Below are positions 38,903 through 49,400 of a DNA stretch of 64,000 nucleotides, one piece after another. How positions within the stretch are numbered: position 1 is the stretch's first letter; every line of letters starts with the position of its first letter. A model generated the notes under the pieces. It saw only the letters and a list, made by a program, of their open reading frames with translations. It did no database searches and was not told where the DNA came from. A program made the translations under genes and the position numbers. The stretch is from a marine bacterium AO1-C (GTDB taxonomy: Bacteria > Bacteroidota > Bacteroidia > Cytophagales > Microscillaceae), in the NCBI GenBank assembly GCA_001890965.1, contig MLAY01000008.1, positions 552,341 through 616,340 of the forward strand. Direction: 5' to 3'.

Positions 38903-40438
38903 TTATTTTCCCACTTTTATCACGTTTTTTTTCAATGTTTTCAGGTCAATTTTAAGCAATTGATGATTGTTGGTATCCGAAACCCATAGCGTGTTTCCCA
39001 TAAATAATACGTCATTGGGTTCATTCAACCCTGACACAAAGGTTTTTAGTCGTTTATTTTGTAGGTCAAATATTTTGATTTTGCCGTTGTAAGTATCTGC
39101 TATATAGATTTTGTTATTACGAAAAGTAAGCCCCACTGCGTGTTGTAAGCGTGCTTTATCGGCACCTCCATCTACATCGCCAAACTCAAATAATCCTTTT
39201 CCTAAGGGGGTAGTTACTTGTTTTTTAGATAAATCTATGGCTCGAATGGCACTGGCTTCGCTATCGGCTATATACAAGGTGTTTCCATTTTTTACTAATC
39301 CACTGGGCTGGTTAAATGCCGACTGGCGATAGTTCCCATCTGTCAATGCTTCTCTCCCGCTTCCAGCAAAGCGTCTTACTTCTTCGGTTTGCAAATTCAT
39401 GGTGAGGATTTGGTGATTCCCTGCATTGGCAATATACATTTGGGTTCCGTCTATCCACAAGTCCCAGGGGCTATTTGGATTCACGGCTTCGTTCCAGCGC
39501 TCTTCACCAAAATAATAGTCTAGTTTGCCGTTTCCAGCGATGGTTTTCACGGTCTTGTTTTTCAGATCTACCTTGCGAATGCGGTTATTCTTGGTATCGG
39601 CTACATACAAGAAATCTCCTTTCAGTGCCAAGCCATGAGGCTCATAAAAAGTCGCCATCTTAAAGCTTCCATCTTTGGCTCCTTGCTTTCCTTCACCAAT
39701 TTGCTCTAGTACTTTTCCTTGGTTATTAATATGTAAAATACGGTTATGACCACTATCTGATATATATAGGGTGCCATCCGCAGCTTGAATCATTTTGGAA
39801 GGAAATCGCAAAAATGTTTGCTTACCAGCCAGATACTCCTGGTCTTTTTCCAGTTGAAACTTCAAAGGCTTGCGGTTAATGGCATTGCCTCGTTCTTGTA
39901 CAATGCGCTTAATGTATCCTCTAATTGCCTCATAAAACCCCTCTCCTGAAGCTTGTCCCATTACTCGCCCTTCGGGATCAATCAATACTACCGTAGGCCA
40001 GGCATTTACTCCATAGCTCTGCCATACTTTAAACTTGGCATCGTTTACTACGGGGTGCTCAATCCCAAATTTGAGAATAGCTTTACGAATGTTTTTATTG
40101 GAACGCTCAGAGAAAAACTTGGCAGAATGTACCCCAATTACGACTAACTCTTTGGCAAACTCTTCTTCTAGCTTGCGTAAATCAGGAATAACATGCTGGC
40201 AATTGATACAACCAAAGGTCCAAAAGTCGAGCAAGACTATTTTACCCTTAAAGTCCTCTATAGTCCAGGATTTATCAGTATTTAGCCATCCATAAGGTGT
40301 ATTAATCTCTGGTGCTGGATAAACACCCTTTGTTTTATATTTTTTGCTTTTTGAAGTTTTGTTTTGAGTAGTGGTTTGCCCTTGACAGCTCAAAAAGAGT
40401 ACTGAGCAAATACCCAATAACAGCAAGAATTTGTTCAT
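38903..40438 (-). CDS. Thioredoxin-like (TlpA/AhpC-TSA type, CxxC) domain fused to an NHL-repeat beta-propeller (NHLRC2-like architecture)
   Basis: FWTFGCINCQHVIP CxxC motif. At least five NHL repeats (YISDSGHNRILHIN, LYVADTKNNRIRKVD, LYIADSEASAIRAID, IYIADTYNGKIKIFD, LWVSDTNNHQLLKID). Confidence 0.75.
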   Translation of the reverse strand: MNKFLLLLGICSVLFLSCQGQTTTQNKTSKSKKYKTKGVYPAPEINTPYGWLNTDKSWTIEDFKGKIVLLDFWTFGCINCQHVIPDLRKLEEEFAKELVVIGVHSAKFFSERSNKNIRKAILKFGIEHPVVNDAKFKVWQSYGVNAWPTVVLIDPEGRVMGQASGEGFYEAIRGYIKRIVQERGNAINRKPLKFQLEKDQEYLAGKQTFLRFPSKMIQAADGTLYISDSGHNRILHINNQGKVLEQIGEGKQGAKDGSFKMATFYEPHGLALKGDFLYVADTKNNRIRKVDLKNKTVKTIAGNGKLDYYFGEERWNEAVNPNSPWDLWIDGTQMYIANAGNHQILTMNLQTEEVRRFAGSGREALTDGNYRQSAFNQPSGLVKNGNTLYIADSEASAIRAIDLSKKQVTTPLGKGLFEFGDVDGGADKARLQHAVGLTFRNNKIYIADTYNGKIKIFDLQNKRLKTFVSGLNEPNDVLFMGNTLWVSDTNNHQLLKIDLKTLKKNVIKVGK

Positions 40439-40547
40439 AGATGTTCAATTTTAAAATTGGTTACCAAGTATACGAGCTTGGAAGATGATTTGGATGCACA
40501 CAAATATGAACAATATTCGTTACACGGTTTGTCAGGAGGTAGACATA

Positions 40548-41138
40548 TCAGGCTTTGGGCTTTTCAAAGTTCACTCTTTTGTAAATATCACCTACTTTCA
40601 ACGTAAGGTTTAATTTGGGGAAAGTAATGGATTGATTGGCATCATCATAAAAAGTATATGCCCAGAAATCTTGCCGACGTTCGTATAACTTTACCAAGCA
40701 CTGTTCTTGTGATACCAATACGTAGTATTCTAAGGCGGGCAAACGCATATAAGCATCTTTTTTATGCTCTTTGCCATAGTTTTGAGTAGATTTAGATAAC
40801 ACCTCGATAATAAGGCTTGGATTCCGAATAAAAGCTTTTTGATCATCTTCTAAATCTTGTGGATCACAGGTTACTACCACATCTGGATATACATAATAAC
40901 CCTGAGAAAAAATCTCTACTTTTACATATCCAATAAAAGATTCACAATCATCTCCTAATGATGAGTCCAATGCTGTCACAAGGTTCTTGGAGATACGATT
41001 ATGTCGTTTTGTACCTCCTGCCATAGCGAATACTTCTCCCTGATAGTATTCATAGCGAATACCATCTTGTTGTTCCAAGGCAAGGTATTCTTCATAGGAA
41101 TAATGTGTTTTGACTGGCTCTGCTTGTCCCATACTCAA
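40548..41138 (-). CDS. Uma2-family (DUF820) PD-(D/E)xK endonuclease-like protein
   Basis: YEYYQGEVFAMAGGTKRHNRISKNL ... PDVVV ... IIEVLSKST pattern typical of the Uma2 family. Confidence 0.7.
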   Translation of the reverse strand: MSMGQAEPVKTHYSYEEYLALEQQDGIRYEYYQGEVFAMAGGTKRHNRISKNLVTALDSSLGDDCESFIGYVKVEIFSQGYYVYPDVVVTCDPQDLEDDQKAFIRNPSLIIEVLSKSTQNYGKEHKKDAYMRLPALEYYVLVSQEQCLVKLYERRQDFWAYTFYDDANQSITFPKLNLTLKVGDIYKRVNFEKPKA

Positions 41139-41296
41139 AGATAAAAAATTACAGGCACAAAAAAACTCCTGAAAACGGGTTGACTTTCAGGAGTTTATAA
41201 TAACAAGTTAATATTATTATTGAATGGCTACATTGTTTTATGGTTTGTAATATGATTATACAACCATTAACCACAAAACAATATGGTCATCGGTTG

Positions 41297-41932
41297 TTAA
41301 CCTTGTTGAGCTTGTTGGTCATTTACGTGATTAGTTCCATTGATAGGTACCACATTACTTTCTGCCTCATAAAAGCATTTACGACACAATGGCTCGTATA
41401 TGTCTTTTTCACCCAATACCACTTTTTCATCTGAAGATACCAAACGATGCGAATAATGGGCAATATCACCACAAGTTACACAAATCGCATGTACCTTGGT
41501 CACGTATTCGGCTACTGCCATCAAATGCGGCATAGGCCCAAAAGGCTTGCCTCTAAAGTCCATATCCAATCCAGCAGCAATGACCCGAATGCCTCGATTG
41601 GCCAATTCTATACTTACATCCACGATGCCTTCATCAAAAAATTGGGCTTCGTCAATACCTACTACATCACAGTTGTTTACGTGGTTCAAAATCTCTACCG
41701 CAGAAGTTACTGGATTCGACATCACTGCATTGGCATTGTGAGATACCACATGTCTTGCGTGAAAGCGTTTGTCAATAGAGGGTTTAAAAATAATCACTTC
41801 TTGTTTAGCAATCTTAGCCCGCTTCACTCTACGAATCAGCTCCTCTGTTTTGCCCGAAAACATTGATCCACATACTACTTCAATCCACCCGGTTTTATGG
41901 GGAGTGTTATTCAAATTAGGTTCAATAAACAT
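41297..41932 (-). CDS. tdk: Thymidine kinase
   Basis: P-loop [14 protein letters not shown]. Length and the C-terminal zinc-ribbon cysteines (CxxC...CRKC) are typical of type II thymidine kinase. Confidence 0.85.
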   Translation of the reverse strand: MFIEPNLNNTPHKTGWIEVVCGSMFSGKTEELIRRVKRAKIAKQEVIIFKPSIDKRFHARHVVSHNANAVMSNPVTSAVEILNHVNNCDVVGIDEAQFFDEGIVDVSIELANRGIRVIAAGLDMDFRGKPFGPMPHLMAVAEYVTKVHAICVTCGDIAHYSHRLVSSDEKVVLGEKDIYEPLCRKCFYEAESNVVPINGTNHVNDQQAQQG

Positions 41933-42274
41933 ATTGACTTGATTAAAACTAGATAACTCAGCTACGAATTTGTGTTCTGGGTTAAGTAATACCTTATTAC
42001 TCTAAAATTACGTAAAACCTGAGCTAACATGAAGGTAAAAAGTGCCACGAATTTACTTTATTTTTTTCAATAAATTCAGGCTCAAAAGGTGGGATTTTCA
42101 AGCTATTTTCTAACTCCCTGATTAGGAATAAATTAAGTAGGTGTGTCGAAAATGTGAATAAATTATGGGCTATTCTGACAACCTAATTTAGCTAAAGAAC
42201 TTGCTTACTTTTTTGCATAAAAAAAAGCTGATTTACCTCTTGCAAACCAGCCTTTTAGCAATTGTTACTACTAT

Positions 42275-43663
42275 CTAACCTTTATTTTGATTGTCACTCA
42301 GTTTTTGCTGCAATGTATCTTCTATAAAGTCATTTACCATAGTCTCCATCAACGAGAGAGGTATTTGCCCTTTGCTAATGACTTTACTATGAAACTTACG
42401 GATATCAAAGCGCTTTCCCAGCTTTTGCTCACAGCGACGTTTAAGCTCTAGCAGCTTGGCTTCGCCTAGTTTGTAGCTCAATACCTGGGCAGGCCAACGG
42501 GTTACTCGATCAATTTCTCGCTGGGCAATATCCATTCTAAAGGATAGATGCTTTTTCCAATAGTCCATTGCTTGCTGTTTGCTCCAGCCAAAGTGATGAA
42601 TACCAGCATCAAGCACGATTCTTACCGATCGTACCAAATCCCACGACCACTTGCCAAACTCTGTATATATATTTTGATACAACCCCAGCTCTTTCCCTAA
42701 ATTTTCTACATAAGCCGCCCAACCTTCAAAAAAACCTGGGTACCTTACCAGTTTATGAAAGGCTGGTAGATTTTTCAGGTGCAATTGTTCATGTTCAAAA
42801 TGATAGCTATGTCCAGGTAATGCTTCGTGGATATACAAAAAGTCCATAGCTCGCCAATTATGCTTACCCTGATAATATTTAAAATAAAAAGTATTGCCAC
42901 TCATTCTATTGGGGATCAAATACCCGGGAGGAGAATCATAATTTACATTTGGGATAGGCTTAATCTTCACTTTTCGGGCTTTGGTATACTCAAATAAGCG
43001 ATGGAGGTTTTCCCTAACAGTATGATCGAGTTGAGCATAACGAGCCAAGATCGTGTCCATATTATTCAAGTTAAATCTGTCATTTTGCAAATGTGCATAA
43101 AATGCTTTGTCATGACCCGCAAAGCCAGCTTTTGCCTGTATTTTCTTAATTTCACCTTTTATTCTGGCTACTTCCTTTTCACCAAACTTCATTAATGCTT
43201 TAGGGCTTATCTCAGCGGTAGTCATGCGTTTTACATACATCGCATACCAGCCTTTAGGCAAGAACTTCATTCCCTGATCCGATATTTTCAAAGGCTGTTG
43301 TTGGAATGCCAACTGCAAGGCAACTTGCTCTTGATTACGTTTAAGCTCATACAAGAAATGGGCATAATCGTACTGATCATTTCTGGAAAGTCTTGTATGA
43401 TCAATGGTTTGGGCCTTTTGGGTGTATCGAGCAAAAAAACGCTTTTGCTCTTCCAGTTTTTTTACACTTGGTAGGTTCTGTAAATTGGTCACATAACTTA
43501 AGCCGAAACGAGAGGCTATTCCTAGTTTTTCGAACTCTCGAGTATACTCTTCAAACAATTGATGGAGGATGTTTTTTGGAGCAGACTTGGATTGACAACT
43601 TCCAGTAAACCCTACCCCACAAAGAATGGCTAACAATAATATTTTTTTCATCATAAGCAGCAT
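42275..43663 (-). CDS. DUF885-family lipoprotein (zincin-like HExxH fold)
   Basis: Lipobox (GFTGSC). IHEALPGHSYHFEHE motif characteristic of DUF885. Confidence 0.6.
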   Translation of the reverse strand: MLLMMKKILLLAILCGVGFTGSCQSKSAPKNILHQLFEEYTREFEKLGIASRFGLSYVTNLQNLPSVKKLEEQKRFFARYTQKAQTIDHTRLSRNDQYDYAHFLYELKRNQEQVALQLAFQQQPLKISDQGMKFLPKGWYAMYVKRMTTAEISPKALMKFGEKEVARIKGEIKKIQAKAGFAGHDKAFYAHLQNDRFNLNNMDTILARYAQLDHTVRENLHRLFEYTKARKVKIKPIPNVNYDSPPGYLIPNRMSGNTFYFKYYQGKHNWRAMDFLYIHEALPGHSYHFEHEQLHLKNLPAFHKLVRYPGFFEGWAAYVENLGKELGLYQNIYTEFGKWSWDLVRSVRIVLDAGIHHFGWSKQQAMDYWKKHLSFRMDIAQREIDRVTRWPAQVLSYKLGEAKLLELKRRCEQKLGKRFDIRKFHSKVISKGQIPLSLMETMVNDFIEDTLQQKLSDNQNKG

Positions 43664-43945
43664 TTGATTGTTAGGCCTAAAGTTCGGTATTTATGTCGAG
43701 GTGAGATTGTCAAAAACTGCTATATGCAAAGAAGGTGAGTCAAATTGTTACGACATTTCGCACACATAACGATATTTCGTAAAAAAATTCATTTTTCACA
43801 CAACTGGCATTGGCTTGCAAAATATTTTTTCACAAATTAACTCACTGATTATCAAAATCTTAAAATTTATTTTTCGCTCTAACTTAAAACTGGTATCTGG
43901 TTTGAATAATTATAATCAAAGATATTTAATAAGCTTTGTGGTTAG

Positions 43946-43985
43946 GAAAAAAAAGCACGGTTTCAATGAAGCCGTGCTTTTTCAT
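43946..43985. terminator. Rho-independent terminator (agcacgg...ccgtgct, flanked by A8 and T5 runs) downstream of outer membrane protein paralog 2
   Basis: aaaaaaaagcacggtttcaatgaagccgtgctttttc, 40 bp past the stop at 44025 on the minus strand. Confidence 0.55.
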
Positions 43986-44024
43986 TTATTAACTCATTTT
44001 TCCAATTAATTACACTAAACTTTC

Positions 44025-46802
44025 TTAGCGAATTACAAATCCGTTGCCTCTTCCTTTGCCAAAGGCTTTGATAGAATACGCCAACGAAATCATAAAATAT
44101 CTTCCAATGGTTTGTACCCGACGCTCCTCTACAAAATTCAATACACTGTTTCGAGTAATCCCCTGGTTACGGTTCAAAATATCAAAGGCAGTGAACTTTA
44201 CCTGTAAGCGGTTTTTCATAAAAGATTTGGAAAGTGACGCTTTGAACAAAGGAATCGTTTGAGCACCTCCAGCAAAAGCTTCCCCAGTATATACCGATTG
44301 GGTATAAGAAGCTTCCAATTGCCAGGTTTTACCAATATCTAAGTCACCTTCTACGAAATAATCTTCTTGCATAAAGTTTCTATCCAAATCGCTTGATTCA
44401 GAATAAGCCGTAAAGTTTTGCGCAAAACGAGCACCTATACGTACATCCATTTTTCGCTTTTTAAAATTCTCTAAGCTTACTCTTATAGAGTTGGTGCGAC
44501 GACTCACCGTATTTTCAACATCATTTACAAAGATTAGCCCTTGGTTATACATTCCATTGGCACGGATACGAATCTTCGCTGCCATCCATCGCATGGGCGT
44601 GCTAAACGAAGCATAAGCATTGATGGTCGCATCGTAATCTACATTCACAGGCTGCGAAATTTGGTTAAGGTTTGCCAGGGTAGTCACTTTGTTGGTAATT
44701 CTGTTTTGGGTGAGGCTACCATAGGCTCCTCCAAAAAAGCTTGTCATCGAGAATTGATCAAAGGAATGATAATTTAGATTGACACGATGTACATACTCTG
44801 CATCCAAATTGGGATTTCCCTGATACAATCTGCTAGGGTTGCTATTGTCTACCACAGGGCGCAATTGCTGCATGTTGGGCGCGTTCATATTGGTAGAGTA
44901 GTTAAAGTTTACACTAGACACACCACCCAGGCTCCAACGAAAACGTAAGCTGGGCAATACATTCAGGAAATTACGATTGATGCGTGTTTCTGACGTAGTA
45001 ATTACCCCATTTAAAGTAGAGTATTGTACACTGGTTCCCAAAGTCAAATTAAACTTCTTGGTACGATACATATAGTTTAAGTATCCACGATCAAAGGTAA
45101 AAGCGTTGGTGTAGCGATTACTCAAAGAACCAATAAAGGTTTCGGGTTCAGTGGTCTGATCATAAAAATCTTTGAAAGAGTTGTTGTCAAAGTTGTTGCG
45201 TTGGTATTTCAGTTCTATCGCCTGACCTTTGCCAAATACTGGCTCAATAAACGACGCCTGGATATCGTAATTCATTCGGCGGTTATTCAAAGGTTGGCGT
45301 TGATCAATGATATTGTTGAATATGGGATCTAAAAAGGTTTGGTTGTTAACGATTCTATCTTCACTGGTTACATTTTGCATACCCAATTGCCCTTGCAATA
45401 CCAATACTCGGCCTTTGCGCCCAAAACGCTTACGATATAACAATCGGGTGCTTAGTCCAAAATCATTACTTTGCGCTTGGGTAGTGCTTCGGGTTTGGCT
45501 TTGTTGTACCTCATCCCCTTGTGCATTATTAATCAGGTTTGTACTTTGACTAAAAGCATCGTTATTGCCTTCATTGTACATTGCGTCTACATAAAAGCGC
45601 AAGCGAGAAGATTTGCTAAACTTATGGTCTAAACGAATGTTGGTTCGATGATTCCAATTACGTAAAGTACGATCTTGCAAACTATTGGTAAAGAAGCTAC
45701 TGGAATCTAAGAAGGTTTCTCGAGCTGTAGATTGATTGATTTCGTTGCCTAAGAAATTATAAAAGTAATTGGCGTGTAAGCTCGTATTTTTAGTGAGGTC
45801 TATATTCAGGTTGGCTCCCAATACGTTGGTATTCGACAAGGCCTGGTTGGAGTTCATTGCCAATAAAGCCCCTAACCCGCTACTTCCGTTGAGCTGAATA
45901 GAACCTCCTCCCCCACTGCTCATATTGCTAAAGCCTCCCATAAAATTGATATAATCCATAAACGAGAAGGGACGTTTATTGATATTATTGGCAGACCCTA
46001 AAAACGAAAGTTGCGTCTTGGCACTAAAGCGATTGAGGTTGAACCTACCATCATAACGATTGTCGGTGCCTCCACCCGCCATCACATTCCCAAAGAATCC
46101 ATTCTTGCGGTCTTTCTTAAGTTTTAGGTTGATTGTTTTCTCCCGATTGCCATCATCGACTCCAGTAAATTTCGACATCTCCGATTGGTCATCAAATACT
46201 TGTACCTTGTCTATAGCATCGGCTGGTAGATTTTTGGTGGCAATTTTAGGGTCTTTGCCAAAAAACTCTTTGCCATCTACCAGTACTTTTTTCACTTCTT
46301 TTCCCTGGGCCTTAATCTTTCCATCACGGTCTACCTCAACTCCTGGCAATTGCTTGAGCAGCTTTTCTACATTGGAGTTGGGGCGGGTACGAAATGCTTT
46401 AGCATTGTACTCAATTGTATCCTCTTTGATAACAATGGGTACCCGATCATCTTTGACTACGATCTCGTCAAGCACTTTTTTGTCTTCCTGAAGCGTGAGA
46501 TTGCCTAAGGCAAGGTCTTTACCTTTTTCCAAAGTAAGAGCCTTGTTCAAAGTTTTGAAGCCAGTAAAAGTTATCTGAAGGTTATAATTACCTGCTTTTA
46601 CCCTTGGTAAAGTAAAAACACCTGCATTATTGGTACTACCAAATTTATTTAAAATAGAATCTGGTAAGTTCATCAGCATCACAGTGGCACCTGGCAATGC
46701 TTTACCTTCTGGGTCAATTACTTTTCCACTGATTTTTTGGGCTTGGGCCGTTGCCCCCCACCCGAGGATGAATAAAATGATGTATAGTGAAGTATTTTTC
46801 AT
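44025..46802 (-). CDS. Outer membrane beta-barrel protein with CarbD_reg N-terminal domain; paralog of 5173..7914
   Basis: 925 aa, collinear with copy 1 over its full length. The N-terminal ~250 aa are nearly identical at protein level and about 85% identical at nucleotide level in the segment compared (46150-46460 versus 7241-7560). Confidence 0.75.
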   Translation of the reverse strand: MKNTSLYIILFILGWGATAQAQKISGKVIDPEGKALPGATVMLMNLPDSILNKFGSTNNAGVFTLPRVKAGNYNLQITFTGFKTLNKALTLEKGKDLALGNLTLQEDKKVLDEIVVKDDRVPIVIKEDTIEYNAKAFRTRPNSNVEKLLKQLPGVEVDRDGKIKAQGKEVKKVLVDGKEFFGKDPKIATKNLPADAIDKVQVFDDQSEMSKFTGVDDGNREKTINLKLKKDRKNGFFGNVMAGGGTDNRYDGRFNLNRFSAKTQLSFLGSANNINKRPFSFMDYINFMGGFSNMSSGGGGSIQLNGSSGLGALLAMNSNQALSNTNVLGANLNIDLTKNTSLHANYFYNFLGNEINQSTARETFLDSSSFFTNSLQDRTLRNWNHRTNIRLDHKFSKSSRLRFYVDAMYNEGNNDAFSQSTNLINNAQGDEVQQSQTRSTTQAQSNDFGLSTRLLYRKRFGRKGRVLVLQGQLGMQNVTSEDRIVNNQTFLDPIFNNIIDQRQPLNNRRMNYDIQASFIEPVFGKGQAIELKYQRNNFDNNSFKDFYDQTTEPETFIGSLSNRYTNAFTFDRGYLNYMYRTKKFNLTLGTSVQYSTLNGVITTSETRINRNFLNVLPSLRFRWSLGGVSSVNFNYSTNMNAPNMQQLRPVVDNSNPSRLYQGNPNLDAEYVHRVNLNYHSFDQFSMTSFFGGAYGSLTQNRITNKVTTLANLNQISQPVNVDYDATINAYASFSTPMRWMAAKIRIRANGMYNQGLIFVNDVENTVSRRTNSIRVSLENFKKRKMDVRIGARFAQNFTAYSESSDLDRNFMQEDYFVEGDLDIGKTWQLEASYTQSVYTGEAFAGGAQTIPLFKASLSKSFMKNRLQVKFTAFDILNRNQGITRNSVLNFVEERRVQTIGRYFMISLAYSIKAFGKGRGNGFVIR

Positions 46803-46919
46803 GGGTTATATGGTTTTTTAGTAGATAGTTGATAGTATCAAGTCAATGGTTCATAGTCTGCAATACTAGCTAGACTAAATTTTGATACTGTGGTCTGTTG
46901 GCCGTTAACCGTAGACTCT

Positions 46920-47801
46920 CTAATTTCTCTCTATTCTAATCCCTCCACCTTTGTTGCGGTACATCTCCTTCATCTCTTCTGTCTTCTTCTTTACAATTTT
47001 TCTGAACTGTTTGCGAGTAACTTTCTTACCTTTTTTGGGTGGTACTATAGCTCCTTTGTCTAACTTGGTAAAGTTAATTTTGGTAGCAGTGGTAGTAGTA
47101 GCTGCTCGTTGGGTAGTTGAGATACTCACTCCATTTTCACTTTCTTTTCTTTCTTCCTTGTCTGCTTTAGAAGGCTTAGGGATTTTTTTCAATTCTAAAA
47201 TCATCCCTGGCAACTTTCCATACCCCTCAGGACCAGCAGCTACTGGTATTTGCATCGTAAACCAAGCCTCTATCGTCAGCTTTTCTTTCTCCATTACTGC
47301 TTTTTTACACTCATAACCCAAGATTTTCTTAGACTCTCCTTTTATTTTCCAAGCAGCTTTAGATGCCTCATCTTTGATCAAAAACCTACGTCCCATAAAG
47401 GTGCGCATGTCTACCACCTTGTTTTCGGCTACATTATAATATAGTTTGTCGTCGTTAGAGGCTCCAGCAAATTTGATTACTACGTTGGCTCCACCACTAC
47501 TAAACTGTTGCTCACTTGGGGTATCGTCATCCTTCTTGGCATCGTACCTTTTATAAACAGATTCTTTACTATTAAATAGCAATTCCTTGTGAGTCACTCG
47601 ATTTTGCAATTTTTCGAGTTGCTCCTTCGACAACATATTTGCAATATTACCCGAAAGCTTCACTTTCGATTTGGTTGTAAATACGATTTTCCCTTCGTTT
47701 TTAGGGGCGTTTTCCTGAGCCATCGTTACCAGTGGAAACAAGGCTACTAATGCGACAATCAATACTTTTCTCATAGTTTTATGTGAATGTAACCTAGCCA
47801 A
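46920..47801 (-). CDS. GLPGLI family protein; paralog of 8057..8806
   Basis: 293 aa with signal peptide and a GYGKLPGMILELK motif. Same position relative to the outer membrane protein gene as copy 1. Confidence 0.7.
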   Translation of the reverse strand: MARLHSHKTMRKVLIVALVALFPLVTMAQENAPKNEGKIVFTTKSKVKLSGNIANMLSKEQLEKLQNRVTHKELLFNSKESVYKRYDAKKDDDTPSEQQFSSGGANVVIKFAGASNDDKLYYNVAENKVVDMRTFMGRRFLIKDEASKAAWKIKGESKKILGYECKKAVMEKEKLTIEAWFTMQIPVAAGPEGYGKLPGMILELKKIPKPSKADKEERKESENGVSISTTQRAATTTTATKINFTKLDKGAIVPPKKGKKVTRKQFRKIVKKKTEEMKEMYRNKGGGIRIERN

Positions 47802-48184
47802 TTATGCGAAACGCACCATTGAATAAGTTGGGTAAACATGATTGGGTTTATACAAAAGTAGCTTTTCGAGGAGGGATAGTTTTTAAAGGAAAGTTAAAGA
47901 GTGTTAAAAGATGTTAAAGAGGAAATGGCGTGAAAAATGAAAAACTAACGGCAAGGAATGATACAAAGTACCCCTAAAATTTAAGAAAGCAAATCGTGAC
48001 TTTTGGCTATTAGCATACGACTAATTTATGCGCTTTAATTGCAAGGCTGAATTCATTCAAGCCGTTTTAATAACAATAAAAGTCCTATTTTGTCATTGTT
48101 AAGGCCACTAAAAATTGTCTAATTCTTCTGGATTCATTAATGTTAGCTTTTGGTTCTTTGTTGCCTTTTACCAACCCCTACATA

Positions 48185-48673
48185 ATGAAGGTTTTAAAAA
48201 TTTGTGTGTTCCTTTTCTTGATAAATACGAGTTGCCAAACAAAGTTTAATCCCACTGGCTATTATCGTTTAACCAACCAATGGCAAGGGGCTGGTAAGTC
48301 ATTGGCTTTGGTAAAGAATGGCAAGAATTATCAATTACGATTGGTCAAATCCAATAATTCTTCAGAACAAATGTGGAGATTCATTCATTATGGAGGGTAT
48401 TATCGCTTGATAAATAAGTCGCAAGGATATGACAGGTCGCTGGATGTAATAAATGATGGTAAGAATAATCGCCTGGAATTGGCCAAATCGGGAAATTATT
48501 TAGGGCAAATGTGGAAGATCTCTTCCATAGGTAATGGCTATTATCGCTTAACCACTAAGTGGCTAGGCTCCAAAAAATCGCTGGATGTAGTAAACGATGG
48601 CCAGAATAATAAGATACAATTGGCTAAATCTGGAAGTTTTTCGAGGCAAACGTGGAAAATTGAGCCATTTTAA
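48185..48673 (+). CDS. Ricin B-like (beta-trefoil, QxW) lectin lipoprotein
   Basis: Lipobox LINTSC. Three ~45-aa repeats each containing GYYRL...LDV.NDG.NN.L.LAKSG....Q.WKI (QMW, QMW, QTW). Confidence 0.7.
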   Translation: MKVLKICVFLFLINTSCQTKFNPTGYYRLTNQWQGAGKSLALVKNGKNYQLRLVKSNNSSEQMWRFIHYGGYYRLINKSQGYDRSLDVINDGKNNRLELAKSGNYLGQMWKISSIGNGYYRLTTKWLGSKKSLDVVNDGQNNKIQLAKSGSFSRQTWKIEPF

Positions 48674-48710
48674 AAAGGCATTTCCTCCTATATACTTCGC
48701 AGGTTTTGTG

Positions 48711-49400
48711 TTAACTCCTAATAATCCCTATTAACACCACAATTATCAACAATTGAATAAAGAATAAGGCAGTGGAGCCAAGTGACTGTAAAAATGCCTC
48801 TACATCCTTTTTCTTTTGCTTAAATATGTTGTAGGTAATCCAAATTATTGCAATATAGACAAGGGGATTAAATAGCAATCCTTGTTTGGTTATAACAAAA
48901 CTGATTAACCCCACTAAAGTAGCTTGCCCCATCACAAAGGAATTGATGGCTAAATGTTCCGCATAATTGTACTTTCGGAATACAAGCTTTGTAGAAATGC
49001 TCAGCCATACAACAGAGAGTATCCAAAAATATTTGAAGTACAATTTCACAAATCTTCCAGCTTCATATCCAACCGAATAAACCCTTAAGTTCGTCTTAGT
49101 TGTGGTTGTTTTAACCACAATGATGGAATCTATGATTAAGTAAACAGTAATTGTGATGATCAGAAATGATATTGGATTGAAAATATTTTTTCTCTTGCCC
49201 TTAATAAAATCATTTACTATTCCATTCGGGTTCAACACAAGTTGCTTTACATTGAATAAGAATCCTCTATTCATGTTAGTAATTGTGGATAGTCCATGAC
49301 TGAAAATAGAGGTGAAGGTAATTTGGGGTACTGCGGCTTTTTCTCCACAGTTTGGGCAAAAGTTACTATGGTGTTCATAGTTACAGTTAACGCATCTCAT
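48711..49400 (-). CDS. DUF3667-like membrane protein with an N-terminal zinc-ribbon
   Basis: MRCVNCNYEHHSNFCPNCGEK double CxxC, followed by multiple hydrophobic helices. Confidence 0.6.
   Translation of the reverse strand: MRCVNCNYEHHSNFCPNCGEKAAVPQITFTSIFSHGLSTITNMNRGFLFNVKQLVLNPNGIVNDFIKGKRKNIFNPISFLIITITVYLIIDSIIVVKTTTTKTNLRVYSVGYEAGRFVKLYFKYFWILSVVWLSISTKLVFRKYNYAEHLAINSFVMGQATLVGLISFVITKQGLLFNPLVYIAIIWITYNIFKQKKKDVEAFLQSLGSTALFFIQLLIIVVLIGIIRS

Noticed and set aside
8807-44024. Possibility that the ~36 kb between the two cassette copies is a mobile or genomic island
   Set aside because: No integrase, transposase, tRNA or attachment-site-like terminal repeats are visible, and the segment contains core genes (lnt, tdk, inositol monophosphatase). 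It is better described as a chromosomal region bracketed by paralogous cassettes.
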